A program made the position numbers and the translations under genes. Shown piece by piece: positions 13,250 to 26,290 of a stretch of DNA of 64,000 nt (within the stretch, counting starts at the first letter, position 1; the number at the start of each line of letters is the position of its first letter). The stretch spans positions 78,368,001 to 78,432,000 of the forward strand of contig NC_043003.1 in NCBI RefSeq assembly GCF_006345805.1, read 5' to 3'. The notes under the pieces are model-generated. The model was not told the DNA's origin, made no database searches, and was given only the letters and a program-made list of their open reading frames with translations. The stretch is from Octopus sinensis. Taxonomy: Eukaryota.

Positions 13250-13590
13250 TGTATGTATGTATGTATGTATGTATGTATGTATGTATGTATGTATGTATGC
13301 ATGCATGTATATATGCATGTATGCATGCATGCATGTATGTATATATGCATGCATGCATGTATGTATATATGCATGCATGCATGTATGTATATATGCATGC
13401 ATGTATGTAGATATGCATGCATGCATGTATGTATATATGTATGTATGTATGTATGCATGCATGTATGTATTTATGCATGCATGTATTTATGCATGCATGT
13501 ATGTATGTATATATGCATGCATGCATGTATGTATATATGCATGCATGTATGTATGTATGTATGCATGTACGTATACGTGTGTGTGTGTGT
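13250..13590. repeat. Compound (TATG)n/(CATG)n microsatellite
   Basis: Direct reading; it produces the MYVC/HTYI pseudo-ORFs. Confidence 0.95.
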
Positions 13591-13732
13591 CTGTATCTAT
13601 CTATATGGATTATGAATTTTGTTACTTTGAAACAGTTTTTTAATGGGCTTTTCTTTAAACCAGTTAGGGCAGTAGTAGTAGTAGTAGTAGTGGTGGTGGC
13701 GGTGGTAGTAGTAGTAGTGGTGGTGGTGGCAT

Positions 13733-13764
<32 letters not shown>

Positions 13765-14342
13765 ACAGCAGCAGTAAAAGAAGAAAATGAAGAGGAAGAA
13801 CAAGAGGACGTTTAAAATAAAAACAAAAAAAAGATAAGAAGCTAAGTGAGTACATAATTGCTATCAATTGAACATGGTTATTTGGAGGGGAGCTCTCTCT
13901 TCTTCTTATCGCTTCTTCTTCTTCTTTTCTCTCTCCCTCTCTCTTAATGATTGTGCCTCTCTTTCACCTCACATGTTTAGATACAGATGTTTTAAATTGC
14001 CGTCTGAGAGAGAGAGAGAGAGAGAGAGAGCGCAGGTCAGCTTATCATATGATGCAAACGAAATAGGAAGGATGTCAAAACTCACAATGCTAACATTCTT
14101 CACATGCTTCCTTAGGATTACTAAAAGAGTCTCTTTTCTTTAACTTGCCTTTTTAGAAATTTTTTTTTAGAATTTGTTTTTAAAATCAGATATGAGTCCA
14201 ACCTATATTTATACATAGATTTGGTGTAAAAAAATGTAAAAAGAAAAAAACCAGCACGAAGATGAGGTAAAAGAAACAGAGTGTATCAAGCTTAAACTAA
14301 GGAAATAGGAAAAATTAGAAGGAAAATTCGTTTACGTTTCGA

Positions 14343-14372
<30 letters not shown>

Positions 14373-14376
<4 letters not shown>

Positions 14377-14725
14377 TTTTACTTGTTTCACTCATTTGAC
14401 TGCTGCCATGCTGGGGCACCGCCTTAAGGGGCTTTAGTCGAAGAAATCGACCCCAGAAATTACTCTTTGTAAGCCTAGTACTTATTCTTTAGGTCTCTTT
14501 CGCCGAACCACTAATTTACGGGGATGTAAATACACCAGCATCGGTTGTCAAGCGATGGTGGGTGAGTGGATGGGCGGACACAATGGGCTTCTTTCAGTTT
14601 CACAAGGCTTTGGGTGGTCCGGGACTATAATAGAAACCAACACTTCCCCAAGGCGCCATGCAGTGGGACCGAACCAGGAATTATGTGGTTGGGAGCCAAA
14701 CGTCTTACTACACAGCCATGCCTGC
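14373..14725 (-). mobile_element. Family-A SINE
   Basis: Reverse complement of the family-A head and tail. Confidence 0.85.
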
Positions 14726-14727
14726 GC

Positions 14728-14758
<31 letters not shown>

Positions 14759-14760
14759 TA

Positions 14761-15727
14761 AGGTAAGTAGAAAAATACAACATGGACAAGAACGTATAAC
14801 TCTTAGAAGACGACACAATAAACATGGACAGGACATTCGAACCCCTCAGTCTTCAGTCAAGAACCGGATCATCGTAGTAATTTCGGCTTCGTCGGAAACA
14901 TAGGAGAAAGAAAGATCTCGAGACGGGAGGACAGAGGAAAAAAATTGCAGGTAGTCTTCACGAGGTCACATACTAAAAAGACGGAAGTGGTAAAAAAGGA
15001 GGAAAATGTTTTTTAAAAACAGGAGAGCTGAATCAAAGAGGGAATGGTAAAAAAGGTGTGCGAGATGACAAGGGTGTGTGTGTGAGTGTGTGCGTGTGTG
15101 TATGGTGGACAGTGGCTAGTAGCAGGCAGTAGTAGAATTAAGGGAGTGATGTGGGGGTACCCTAGCAAGTCAGAAAGGCAGATCAGAAACAGGGCACTAA
15201 CGTATACATATTTTTTGTTTTTTTATCTCGCCTCACACACACATACACACACGCACACGCACACACTCACACATACATACACACGCACACACACATACCT
15301 CCCTGTTTCTGATCTGCCTTTCTGACTTGCTAGGGTACCCCCACATCACTCCCTTAATTCTACTACTGCCTGCTACTAGCCACTGTCCACCATACACACA
15401 CGCACACACTCACACACACACCCTTGTCATCTCGCACACCTTTTTTACCATTCCCTCTTTGATTCAGCTCTCCTGTTTTTAAAAAACATTTTCCTCCTTT
15501 TTTACCACTTCCGTCTTTTTAGTATGTGACCTCGTGAAGACTACCTGCAATTTTTTTCCTCTGTCCTCCCGTCTCGAGATCTTTCTTTCTCCTATGTTTC
15601 CGACGAAGAACTCCGCTCGAAACGTCATACCCTCCTTCTTCCATTTTCCTGAGCGCCTAATAATAATTATACTGTAATTGTTCCACGTGTTGTTGTTTTT
15701 TCTGTTTTCCCGTTTGGATTAACCTTA
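14761..15727. mobile_element. Penelope-like composite in a (TA)n tract with a perfect 308-bp inverted repeat (14887-15194 / 15301-15608)
   Basis: The arms read as exact reverse complements with a 106-bp spacer. There is a hammerhead-like motif at the right arm end and (TA)n on both sides. Confidence 0.7.
15596..15630 (+). ncRNA. Minimal type I hammerhead-like motif (PLE family Y)
   Basis: GTTT-CCGACGA-A-GAACtccGCTC-GAAAC-GTC-ATAC. Core has U4C, and stems I and II each have one mismatch. Confidence 0.5.
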
Positions 15728-15764
15728 TATATATACATATATATGTGTGTGTGTGTGTGTGCGT

Positions 15765-16125
15765 GTAGCAGGAATGACATGTTTAATCATTGCCCGCATG
15801 AAAGAAAGTACATTCTATCGTACCTGCGCGTCCCACCTTGACTGCAACCACAGGTCCTCTGCCCCGGCCTTCCGCAAACGACCTTCCACCAATGCAATAG
15901 AGAGATGGATGTTATTGTTTCACTTTTGACACGAAATACCTAAATAGTGGAGGAGATATGATATTGCTGTGGGCTCGCACTAGGCAAGAAGTTAAACTTT
16001 TTTGGCCTATGACACTACATGGACCCTAAGTAAGGCATGTGTAAAATTTGAATGAAATTGGTTGTGTAGTTCTCAAGTTTTAGGGATTCACACAGACATA
16101 CAGAAACACATTCTCATCTTTATAC
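15765..16125 (-). mobile_element. Non-autonomous Helitron (DINE/HINE-like) remnant
   Basis: The minus strand starts tataaagatgagaatgtg..gtctgtgtg...caaccaatttcattcaaattttacacatg, the same architecture as 56290-57112. Confidence 0.6.
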
Positions 16126-16139
16126 ACACACACACACAC

Positions 16140-16153
16140 ACATATATATATAC

Positions 16154-16189
<36 letters not shown>

Positions 16190-16281
16190 CACACACACAT
16201 ATATATATAATATATATATATATATTATATATATATATATATATAATATATATATATTATATATATATATATATAATATAT

Positions 16282-16336
<55 letters not shown>

Positions 16337-16395
16337 CAGTATATATATATATATATATATATATAATAATATATATATATATATATATATATATC
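16140..16395. repeat. (CA)n/(TA)n microsatellite
   Basis: Direct reading. Confidence 0.95.
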
Positions 16396-16826
16396 TTCAC
16401 ACCCATCCACGTTCACTACTCTCGGTGAGTGCTGTTTCAAACAGTACAGTTCTTCACTTCACATGATTTATAAATTGATATTGATATCAAATGTTGAATG
16501 ATATGAATTTAATCTCGGTTAGCAATTTCATGTTTTCAAACATTAGGTGGAAAATTGTTTTGTCGCTGCAACGCTGTAATATAACTTCCGGTCCTAGGTA
16601 GTTATCGTGAGCATGCGCAGTGTAACTTGTGTGAACGCCTCCCATTTGGTAGTGATTTGTTGGTAGCTTATAAATTTTTCTGGATTACAGAATAAATGCT
16701 GCGGTCTCGGGAACAGCTGTTGAGAGTTACTTCCATGAATGAATGCGCAAATGTAACTCTCGCTCCATTCTACGGTTGTCCTTTCACATTTGGCACTAAA
16801 TATGTTGATATACATACATATATATA

Positions 16827-16891
<65 letters not shown>

Positions 16892-17476
16892 CACACTCAC
16901 ATATGTATGTATGTAGGTATGTCTTAATATTTTGTTTAGGCTTAGCAATACAAATAACCTGGTTAGAAGTCAGTATACATTTGCTTCAAAACGAAGTACC
17001 AGTCGAGTACAGAGAAGCAGTAGGAAATTAGAATGATAAATAAGTAAACAATTATGCCTAACTGACAGCTGTTTCTGCTATGAGATGCAATGTACCTATA
17101 ATTGAATACTTGAGTATCACCCTATAGCTTCATCGGAACCTTAAACATGGTAATCTAAATATCTTATATATAATATGGTGCCATTGTAAGCCCTGTTTAC
17201 CATCATACAAATGGTTGTGGTTTGTTTTACTGGCATTTGGAGGAATTAACTTAAGGCATCAATGCTACCAAATCACACTTGACGGCCAAGATTTTTTTTA
17301 AATTTTGTATCAAGACTGCACATACAAAGAAGACGGTCAAAGTGTTGATAAAAGAAATTAGTTTCAATGTTTGGAATTTGAAAAGTTCGAACAATAAATA
17401 ACAGATAACCACACTCGAACATCGAACGAAGTATACAAAATGGACGAAAGTTGAAGAAAGAACTAGTTACAGGCAT

Positions 17477-17480
<4 letters not shown>

Positions 17481-17547
<67 letters not shown>

Positions 17548-17550
17548 AGA
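17481..17550. repeat. (AG)n microsatellite
   Basis: Direct reading. Confidence 0.95.
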
Positions 17551-18276
17551 GGTGGAGAAGAATGCTTGAAATGATGTTGGATAAATATTTTCAAAAGAAA
17601 TAAATTGCTAAATATATTACTACTGCCTCATTTTTATTTGCAGTTTGCACTGATGTCTAACGTTTCAATTTTAGGAAACTGTTGAGCAGTGAATGTGTTT
17701 TTGTTATTCTTTATTGTAATTATTATATTCAAAATATGCTAAAAGTACGTTTATATAAAGTTCTACGACGTATTTAGGAAGTCTATGAATTAATAACTGT
17801 TTTTCTTTGTATCTTTCTTTTCTTCATTTATGTATATTATTTTGTTCAGTTAGCACGGTTTTAATTCGCATGGGCTTTCCATGGAACCAGTTAATATTAA
17901 TTAAAGCCTATCTGCCTGTCTTTCTATCTGTCTGTCTGTCTATTTCTCAAAAGTTCTTCCACCGCTGCCCTCAATCTTTCTCCACTCTCATAGGAGTTCT
18001 CCCAATCACCCCCAATAAGGTTTCCCACCACCGCTTTCACAATAACTTGAAAATAAAAATTAAAACAAAAATCTATTGATTCGTTGAAAGGTTGAATATC
18101 TATCAGTTTATCAGCGGATCGATATGAGCGTACCACAACAGCAACCTTGATCGTGTAGATCCACTAGCAAAGGAACAATCCAACAATCTGAGCGGAACAG
18201 AAAATTAGAGGGAACATTGGTGCTAAGTCTTCAACTAAAATACTCCTAAATAAACCTGTCTTGTTGTGAAATATAG

Positions 18277-18500
18277 TGGAGGCATGTGGCTTAGTGGTTA
18301 GGGCGTTGGACTCATGATCGTAAGATTGTGGTTTCGATTCCTGGATCGTGCGACGGGTTGTGTTCTTGAGCAAAACACTTCATGTCACGTTGCTCGAGTT
18401 CACTCAGTTGGCAAAAATAAGTAATCCTGCTACGTGCCGGCATCCTGTCCAGGTGGAGAATATATGCAGCATGGAAACCGGCCCTACGAGTCTATAGGAA
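18277..18500 (+). mobile_element. tRNA-derived SINE, family C2 (CORE-like body)
   Basis: Head tggcttagtggttagggcgttggactc...ggtttcgattcc, body ttcttgagcaaaacactt...cactcag. A related copy lies at 39020-39372 (-). Confidence 0.75.
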
Positions 18501-18857
18501 TCCGGAAGGAACTTTACTTTGTTTTGTGAAATATAGCTTCTTTCTGATACTTGCTTTTGCAACGAAAACTTAAATATTATCAAATCAACGAAAGAGCTTT
18601 GCCTGAATCGTTCCATGTTTTAGTTTAGAACGACGGAGATTGTTGATATATTTCACTTAAACGAGAAAGATAAACTCTTACCGCCATCTTTGTTTGCAAA
18701 AAAAAAAAAAAAAAACATAGGATATTCAATGAACAAAGACCCAGGTAAAGTATAATTTTCTCTTAAACAAAGAAAACAACACTTTCTTCTCTACAGAATT
18801 TAATCAAAATTATCTGCGAATCTCTCAAAATATAAAAAAAGTATTATCTCGCGCATA

Positions 18858-18912
<55 letters not shown>

Positions 18913-19317
18913 CACACTGCTTTGAAACATCAGAATAACACTTCATCAGTCAGTCCCCACTTTAAAATAAGTCCATATAATGTATGTTTGTATATATCTA
19001 TAATGTATGTATAATGTATACTCTCTGAGTAATTTTATGTAATGTTATCAAGGTCACTCGTAACAGCCGATACATCTACTAAATAAAAGCAGAATTCAAA
19101 TCCTACCAAGGAACATATGCAATTTTCTATTTTTGTAAGCAATTCAATCCAGTGGAAAGATAAACATATTTAGTGAACCACTCGCTTCTGAGTGAGATTA
19201 TTTCTTAGCTCCATCTCTGATAGCAAAATTAAACATTATCAGATCAGTAAATTACTGAATAAATATTATGATTTTGAGATTGCAACATTTTCATTGGCTA
19301 ACTAATCTAAACCTTAG

Positions 19318-19364
<47 letters not shown>

Positions 19365-19864
19365 CCAAAAATCTAATGGTGGTCTGTATCAGCTGGTGGT
19401 GTTCTGTGGAAGCTGTTAGTGGTGTGTGAAAACTGGTGGTGGTCTGTGGAAACTAATGCTGGTGGGAATAAGGGAAATTAGTGGAGGTGTGTGGAAACTT
19501 GTGAAGGTATGAATAGTGGTGGTGTGTGGAAACTTGATGGTTTACCTTAGTAAATTTTATTTTGTAAGTTAATTTAGATAAGTTTCTATGCCTCAGGCAA
19601 GAAAAATTTTAAGAAACAATAATTTCTGGGGTTCAGCTCGAGTTGTTGCAGCATCTGCTGCTGTTCGTCGCCCTCTCATCTCTACTTTTCAAATTCCTTT
19701 TGGCTGAAAGTCCTCAAATAGATCTTAATACCATATTTATAACCTCTTGCACCAACATTCACATAACTATTCTTTCAGTACCCATAATGGGATACAGCTC
19801 TATAACAGCTTTGTGGTCTACGAAGGTCATCGGTCTTTAGAGACATCACACTACCATATATTGG

Positions 19865-20065
19865 TTTCAAATTTTGGTACAAGGCCAGCAATTTTGAGGG
19901 AGCGGGTAAGTCGATTAAATCGACCCCAGTACTCAACTGGTACTTATTTTATCGACCCCGAAAGAATGAAAAGTAAAGTTCACCTCGGTGGAATTTAAAC
20001 TCAGTACGTGCAGACGGACGAAATGCCGCTATGTATTTCGTCCGGTGCGCTAACGATTCTGCCAG
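19865..20065 (-). mobile_element. Family-B SINE
   Basis: Family-B motifs. Confidence 0.75.
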
Positions 20066-20688
20066 ATGACAGTCTTAACCCGACCACATATTGTTTCTTC
20101 TTACATCGACACCACCTACCCATACAGTGCTGCTGCGAAACTACTTCTAAGATTTGGACTAATGTACCGAGGTACTAATACTATTTTATCAAATGTGTCT
20201 TTGAAGTTTCTTTTGGGTATTTTTAAAACTGTAGAATTCCTTCTCTTACTCACAGCTCAATGGATGACATGTTTTCAAGAATTTCTTGAAAAAATTGGTT
20301 GGTGGTAACAAGATCGAAAATTAAAAATGTTTTTTCTCTGCCAAATGGGGAAAATATTTAGAACAAATTCCTCCATCTCAAGTGTTAAGTCCACACAAAC
20401 AAGGCACAAAAAACTATCCAATTCATAAAGTAGTCAAACATATTTGCTTAAAACCACGATCTCGCAAAAATCATATTCACTCAATTAAAAACACAAAAAT
20501 AGTTTCCAATTAAAGTACAATGCTAGTAATTTTGAGGGAAAGGGGTAGTCGATGTTATTGACTTCAGTACTTGACTTCATCGACCCAGGAGGGATGAAAG
20601 TAAAAGTCGAATTTGACAAAATTTGAACTCAAATCATAGAGTCAGAAGATGTACTGTAAAGCATTTTCCCAACTCTGATGAATCTGCA

Positions 20689-20724
<36 letters not shown>

Positions 20725-23700
20725 GGTACAAGTCTAGTAAGTCTGGCGGGAGTGGATAAATTAATACCATCGACCCTAGGATGACCCCCCCCCCAGAGGA
20801 AACTGAACACGGAATGCTTTAGGACTCACAAATAATAATTGCTTCATTTCTCTGAAAATATTCAATAACAACGATTATAAACAAGTAAAAATAAATGCCG
20901 AAAATGCTGAAGGATAGGTGATAAGATATTTCCCTGAAAAATTTATTGACCCTGACCATTTGTAAATTATATATTACAAACGTTTACAACATTTCGTAGT
21001 CTCACACCATGTACAAGCAAATTATCGGAACAACGTAAGACCAATCCATCCCTGACTAGCAATTACACAGATAAGAAATAATTCAATTGAAATCCCTATC
21101 ATCTGACCCAAGTTTATTAATAGGGGAATGCGTTGTTCAAAAAGTATCAGCTGCCACAAGCAGAAACGAATAAACCGATAAAAATGATGAGAATATCAAC
21201 AAAAAGTTGGACTTTACCCCACTCAAGCCTCACAAATATTACAGAAAAGTCATAAATGGATACGAAAGGATTGTAAATGAATATTTCACTGTGTATCTTA
21301 CCTGGAAAAAAAAGCTATGATTATATACTCGTATACAGTTGAGAGGAAAATAACCCAGATTTAAATGTGTCGCTGGACCTCAAAAGATTAACTAACTACA
21401 GAAGATGCGTCCTCAAAACGGAAATATATATAAGAAATTGGCAGTCGGAATAGAACGTTCATTATATAGCATCGAACAACTGAGAATTTAAACCACGAAG
21501 ATAGACCCAAAACCTGGTGAACAACTGAAGACAAAACCAAACCCGAGAATGACAGAATACTGACCGACAGAAACCAAACTGAAACAGCACGAACAAAAAT
21601 AGAAATGAAAGGAAATACGAAGGAGATTGAAGAATAAGAAATTCTAAACCTGGATATCAATATGTCTGCAAGAAATAGCTAATAAACCTCCCTGAAATGT
21701 CACCGTATTGTCTTAAATTGTACACGTAAATGATGTAAAACGGGGCACATTATTTCTGGGGAAAAGATTATGGGACTGTCATGACTTGAATGCTTTTGAT
21801 CCTAGAACTGTTCGATTAGAGCTGCTTGGAGGTAAATAACAACAATAACATCAACAACAGCCTCGAGAGAAACTTAACTCACCACTGCTGGCTTAGAGAA
21901 AAACTCTTCTATTTTACGTTACTGACGCTGCCTTACAGAAATGTATTGGCACCAATTCAAAACTCAGTGAACTGTTTCTGTAGCTAAAGTACATTAAATA
22001 ATACACTGTACATACACTCAAAATACATTATACAAAAAAAAAAGAAAAGGTATACAAATATCAAAGACAGTAGTTACGTTTCATTCAGTCTTTTAAACAG
22101 TTCCAGTATGTTGTATGCAGTTATCTAGTGGTTTATCTTGGGCAGTGTTTATCAACCTAGGACAATATGGCTCCAAACGGGCCATGGCAATGTACAGTGC
22201 AACCACAGAAAAATCTGGAAATTAGTAGGAGGCACCACAAGCAGAATGAAGCAGGTCACAAAGCAACCACTGCTTCTTACTAGAATGTTCTATTGCTGTT
22301 TGTGACCCTTTAAAATTTACTCACAAAAACATACACAATTATATACACAATATATCTTAAGTTTCGTCACGATAGAAAAAAAAAAGAAAAGGATTCATTT
22401 GACACTTCGATAATTATCAATGATGAATCAAGTATCAAGCTGACACTGAAAAGTCTTGTATAAATTAAATATTTTGTAACTGCTTTGAAAATCATGCATT
22501 TGGTGACACTCTAAGAGTAATTGCCTGCATCCGCTTCGTTGAAATTCGGGACTGTGCTAAAATGTTTATGAATGGTAAGCAACTTAGAGAGGAAACCCTA
22601 GCTACAAAATGTTACGAATTTTACTTTCCAAATATATTTGCTGAACGAACAGCTACAAAGTAAAAATACAAATATATTAATTTACGAAACGGCTACCAGT
22701 GATTTATTTGTAAAACTTAATCTATTAAGAATAAATATAATAAGTAATTTATTAATTTTTCCACCCTTGACACTATTAAAGAGGAGCAGGAGTCAATGGT
22801 ATTTTAATGTATATTGAGAAGTTGGAGAAATTGCTCAGTAATATGGAAATAATGGAAATAAAGGTTAAAGCTTTCTCAGAAATAAACATTCCAAGTTAGA
22901 TAACAGCTGATGTTGATATCAGGCTATAAGAAAGCCTTATTGAATTGCAGAGTAATTAAACTGCTTAATTAAATTTAATTATGGATTCAATAACCTAAAG
23001 ACAAGTATGAAATTGCTATGAAATTCTCATTGCTTTGGCAGGAAGTAAAATTATATTTCATTGCCTTTCCACTTTTTAGGTGATTCAGGTCTTAGCTGAA
23101 TTTCTTTCCTATCATCAAAAGCTTGTAATCGTTTAGACATTGTAATGAAAGATGACCTTCATTTGTTTCTAACAACCATGGACCCTGATATATATATATA
23201 TATGTATAAACTTGGGATACTACATGAACCACAAGAGACTTTACTAAAATATAAAGTAATATTTGTTTAGTTTGCTAACGAATTTTTATTTTTGTGCTCA
23301 AATAGTAATCCTTTTTAGCAATTAATTTTCCGGTGTAAACAGAAGTTAAATTAAAAAAAAATTTTATGCTTGTTGTAGCAAAATTATAAACGCTAATTTT
23401 ATTAAAGCCGCAAAATACTTTCGTAAAAGGAAATAAATGTGCAATTAACAGACACTCATATTTTTATGGGGTTTATTAGGTTAATGGTAGTGTGGCGCAC
23501 TTGACATGCCTGCTAGAATGGTCACAGGGCTAAACATAAAAGCCCGGAAGGGACACAGCAGGCATCCACAACACATGCGCAAAACACACAACAGCCCTTA
23601 CAGATAACGGAAGTCGTGAAAAGGATTTAAGGAGTACGTCAGACAAGACTCTCTCTCTCTCTTTTTCCTTTCGGCAGTCATCTTGCCAGCTGTCAACACC

Positions 23701-24063
23701 TCGGGCTACTAGCTGTCTCTCTCTCAGCGCCCTACACGTGGTTTCACAATGCCTTTCTCACAGAAGGTATCATTTGATAATGTATCGCGTTACATATCTG
23801 ATTCTGTAAGCGTTACATATCAGGATTCCCTAGCATATTACGAGACATAAATAATCTTCGCTTAACTTTTTTATTGCTTGCTTTCCGCAAAAAGATATTT
23901 ATGAACACTAAACGTACGCCTGTCTTGTCGATTCCCTAATATTCCACCATCATAAATACTCCTCTTAAACACCCGAATTAGAAAACCGGTCGCCTTTGAA
24001 AAATAAACCCAGTTTTTTTTTTTTTTTCCTTTTTAATATTCAAGGCCCGCGAGCTGGCAGAAT

Positions 24064-24950
24064 GGATCTTTTCAATTCTGAAGCCAGGACCACAGATCTT
24101 TCTACTTAACTAAATATTCTGAAACTTCGTATGCTGATAGAGTCTAGCAAAACAAGACACAAGTTGGAACTAGTTTATTTGAGAAAAATCTATTTTATGA
24201 CTTTAATCGTAGATTAAAACTGCGAATTTTAACCAATCAGATTGTTTGTTTTCATGTGTAAAACTTGACTGCATTCTATTAGTGTGACGTAGAAAGCGCT
24301 TTTGTGACGTACTAACGTTCGGAAAACTGTAAACAAACACAGAACGTAACGGCAGACGAAATACGGCTACGCATTTCGCCCGGCGTGCTAACGTTTCTGC
24401 CAGCTCTTTGCTTTTTTAATATTAAATTTCTTGCCTTTTGCACAAATAAATACAATAAGTGAAATGAAACGCATTAGCTTAGAAACGAAATCTTGTTAGA
24501 AGCCTCGTCACTGAGATGCCACTTCTTAATAGCAAACGAAAGCAAGTACTAACAGAATGGAAACATTTTCAATTTAATACATGTGGCTTATTAACTAGTT
24601 TTAAATATTGTTATTAGAAGGTGGCTGACTATAGGATCCTGGAAACATGAGTACGTTAAATAATTAGAAGAGATTCCACGGAGACATGCGGCTTGTTTAC
24701 ATTTAAGATGTTTAATACGTCACCAAATTGGTGGTCGAGACGGAGTAAATAAAATAAAGCCGAATGACGGAATATCATTGGTTAAAATTCTAATTATTAA
24801 ACAACGTTAAACTTAGAAGTTACAATTCCGTTTTCATTCTGGTTTATAATTAAGTTTACTTTTGACACATTCTACCAGTATACGAAGTTTCAAATTGTTT
24901 GGTTCAGTAGGAAAAATTTGAAAAAACTGGCTTCAGAATTGAAAAGATCC
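24064..24950. mobile_element. Non-autonomous DNA transposon with perfect 24-bp TIRs and an 8-bp TSD (Merlin-like), inserted in a family-B SINE head
   Basis: TIR ggatcttttcaattctgaagccag at 24064-24087 and its complement at 24927-24950. TSD ggcagaat at 24056-24063 and 24951-24958. The host SINE resumes at 24951. Confidence 0.88.
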
Positions 24951-26290
24951 GGCAGAATCGCTATTACGCCGGGCAAATTGCATTTCGTCCGTCTTTACAC
25001 TCAGTTCAAATTCCGCCGGGGTTGGCCTTGCTTTTCATCCTTTCGAGGTCGATGAAATAAGTACCAGTTGAGTACTAGGGTCGATGTAATCGATTATCCC
25101 CCTCCTCGAAATTGCTGGCCTTGTGCCAATAGCAGAAAAGGATTATTGTAAATATTTGTTCAAAAATTATTTCCATTTCATACTAGCAGGTCTTAAATAT
25201 TGATAGAAATAAATTTCATGTTCACAAAATTGATTCAAAACAATATTTAAAATTTCCTTATTTGATAAATTTTACAAATTTTGTTTTCATTAAATGTTTA
25301 TAATTTTTTTAATCGTTACCTGTTTCTGCTATTAGCCATTTATTACAAAATTGAAGTACATTTACCCCTAATTATGTCAAGTGAGACCAAAGAAAAATTA
25401 ATGAGTCCAATGAGTGGGGCATGAGCTGAAAAAAAAAGGTTAAGAACCTTTAAATATCATAAAACTGGGTTAAGGGGCCATGGTTATTTACTTGGTTGGT
25501 TATCTTAAAATAAAACACAAGAAATTTGTAGTTGCTAATAAGCATCTGCACAGCAACCATGATCTTCTAGTGGTTAGGACCCCATATCGAGGCCGTGGTA
25601 ATCCACGTCTAAAAGATGGTTACAGCAGCGCAAGGAAATATTTTTTGATTGACTAAGTACCTTCAAGGCGGTGTCCTAGTATGACTGCAGTCTCAACTGA
25701 AGGCAGTAAAAGATAGGTCTCCCATTCCAAAGAAGACTGCTATCGTCAATATTCAAACTTTGACATAGAAGAAATAACATTTAGTATTTTCATTTATCAC
25801 TATTCGAAATGCTCATCAGTTTTGCAGTTCTCCTGCAACTCTTAGTTTTGATTTGTGTATGTTTAATTGCATTTATTTACATCGAAGTGAAAAACTGGGT
25901 TTCAAGCGTAACAAGTTAGCTTGCTCTCGGTCAGCTCAAATCGAAGAGATATAATGCTCCAAAGGCTTTCCGAGTATGACCAACTTCTGTTTCATTCAAA
26001 CGCAATGTAACCTTGGATTATATTATCCTATGTGTTTCTTTCTTTTTAAGACTATTGAGTGGAAGTTGTTCTGTATTAAATATTTGGCTCAGGTGTACGA
26101 TCTGAGGATAACTTCATCCCTTTCACCCACCAATCTTCCGGAGACCCTCTGACTAAGTCTTAAAAAGGGTTCCAGTAATCAGATCGAGCGTCGTTTGTTG
26201 GTTTATCAGATCAAGTCGTCTGCGTTGATGAACATCTTATAAATAAAACTCACAAAATGGAGTCAGAGCCGACTTTAGAGAAGAGAACTC

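Noticed and set aside
13098-13815. Long overlapping ORFs (MYVC/HTYI repeats), also at 16062, 38235, 50565, 55023, 59161 and 62860-63657
   Set aside because: They are translations of (TATG)n, (TA)n and (CA)n tracts that lack stops; there are no splice signals or domain content.
14835-14870. Hammerhead call for family-X termini (CTGAAGA...CGAAT..GTC; also ~40165-40195)
   Set aside because: They have GAAT rather than GAAA and no convincing stem II; left uncalled.
19600-20260. Possible R2/NeSL-like endonuclease remnant (VNVGARG) on the minus strand
   Set aside because: It is only a short motif among many stops, which is insufficient without a search.
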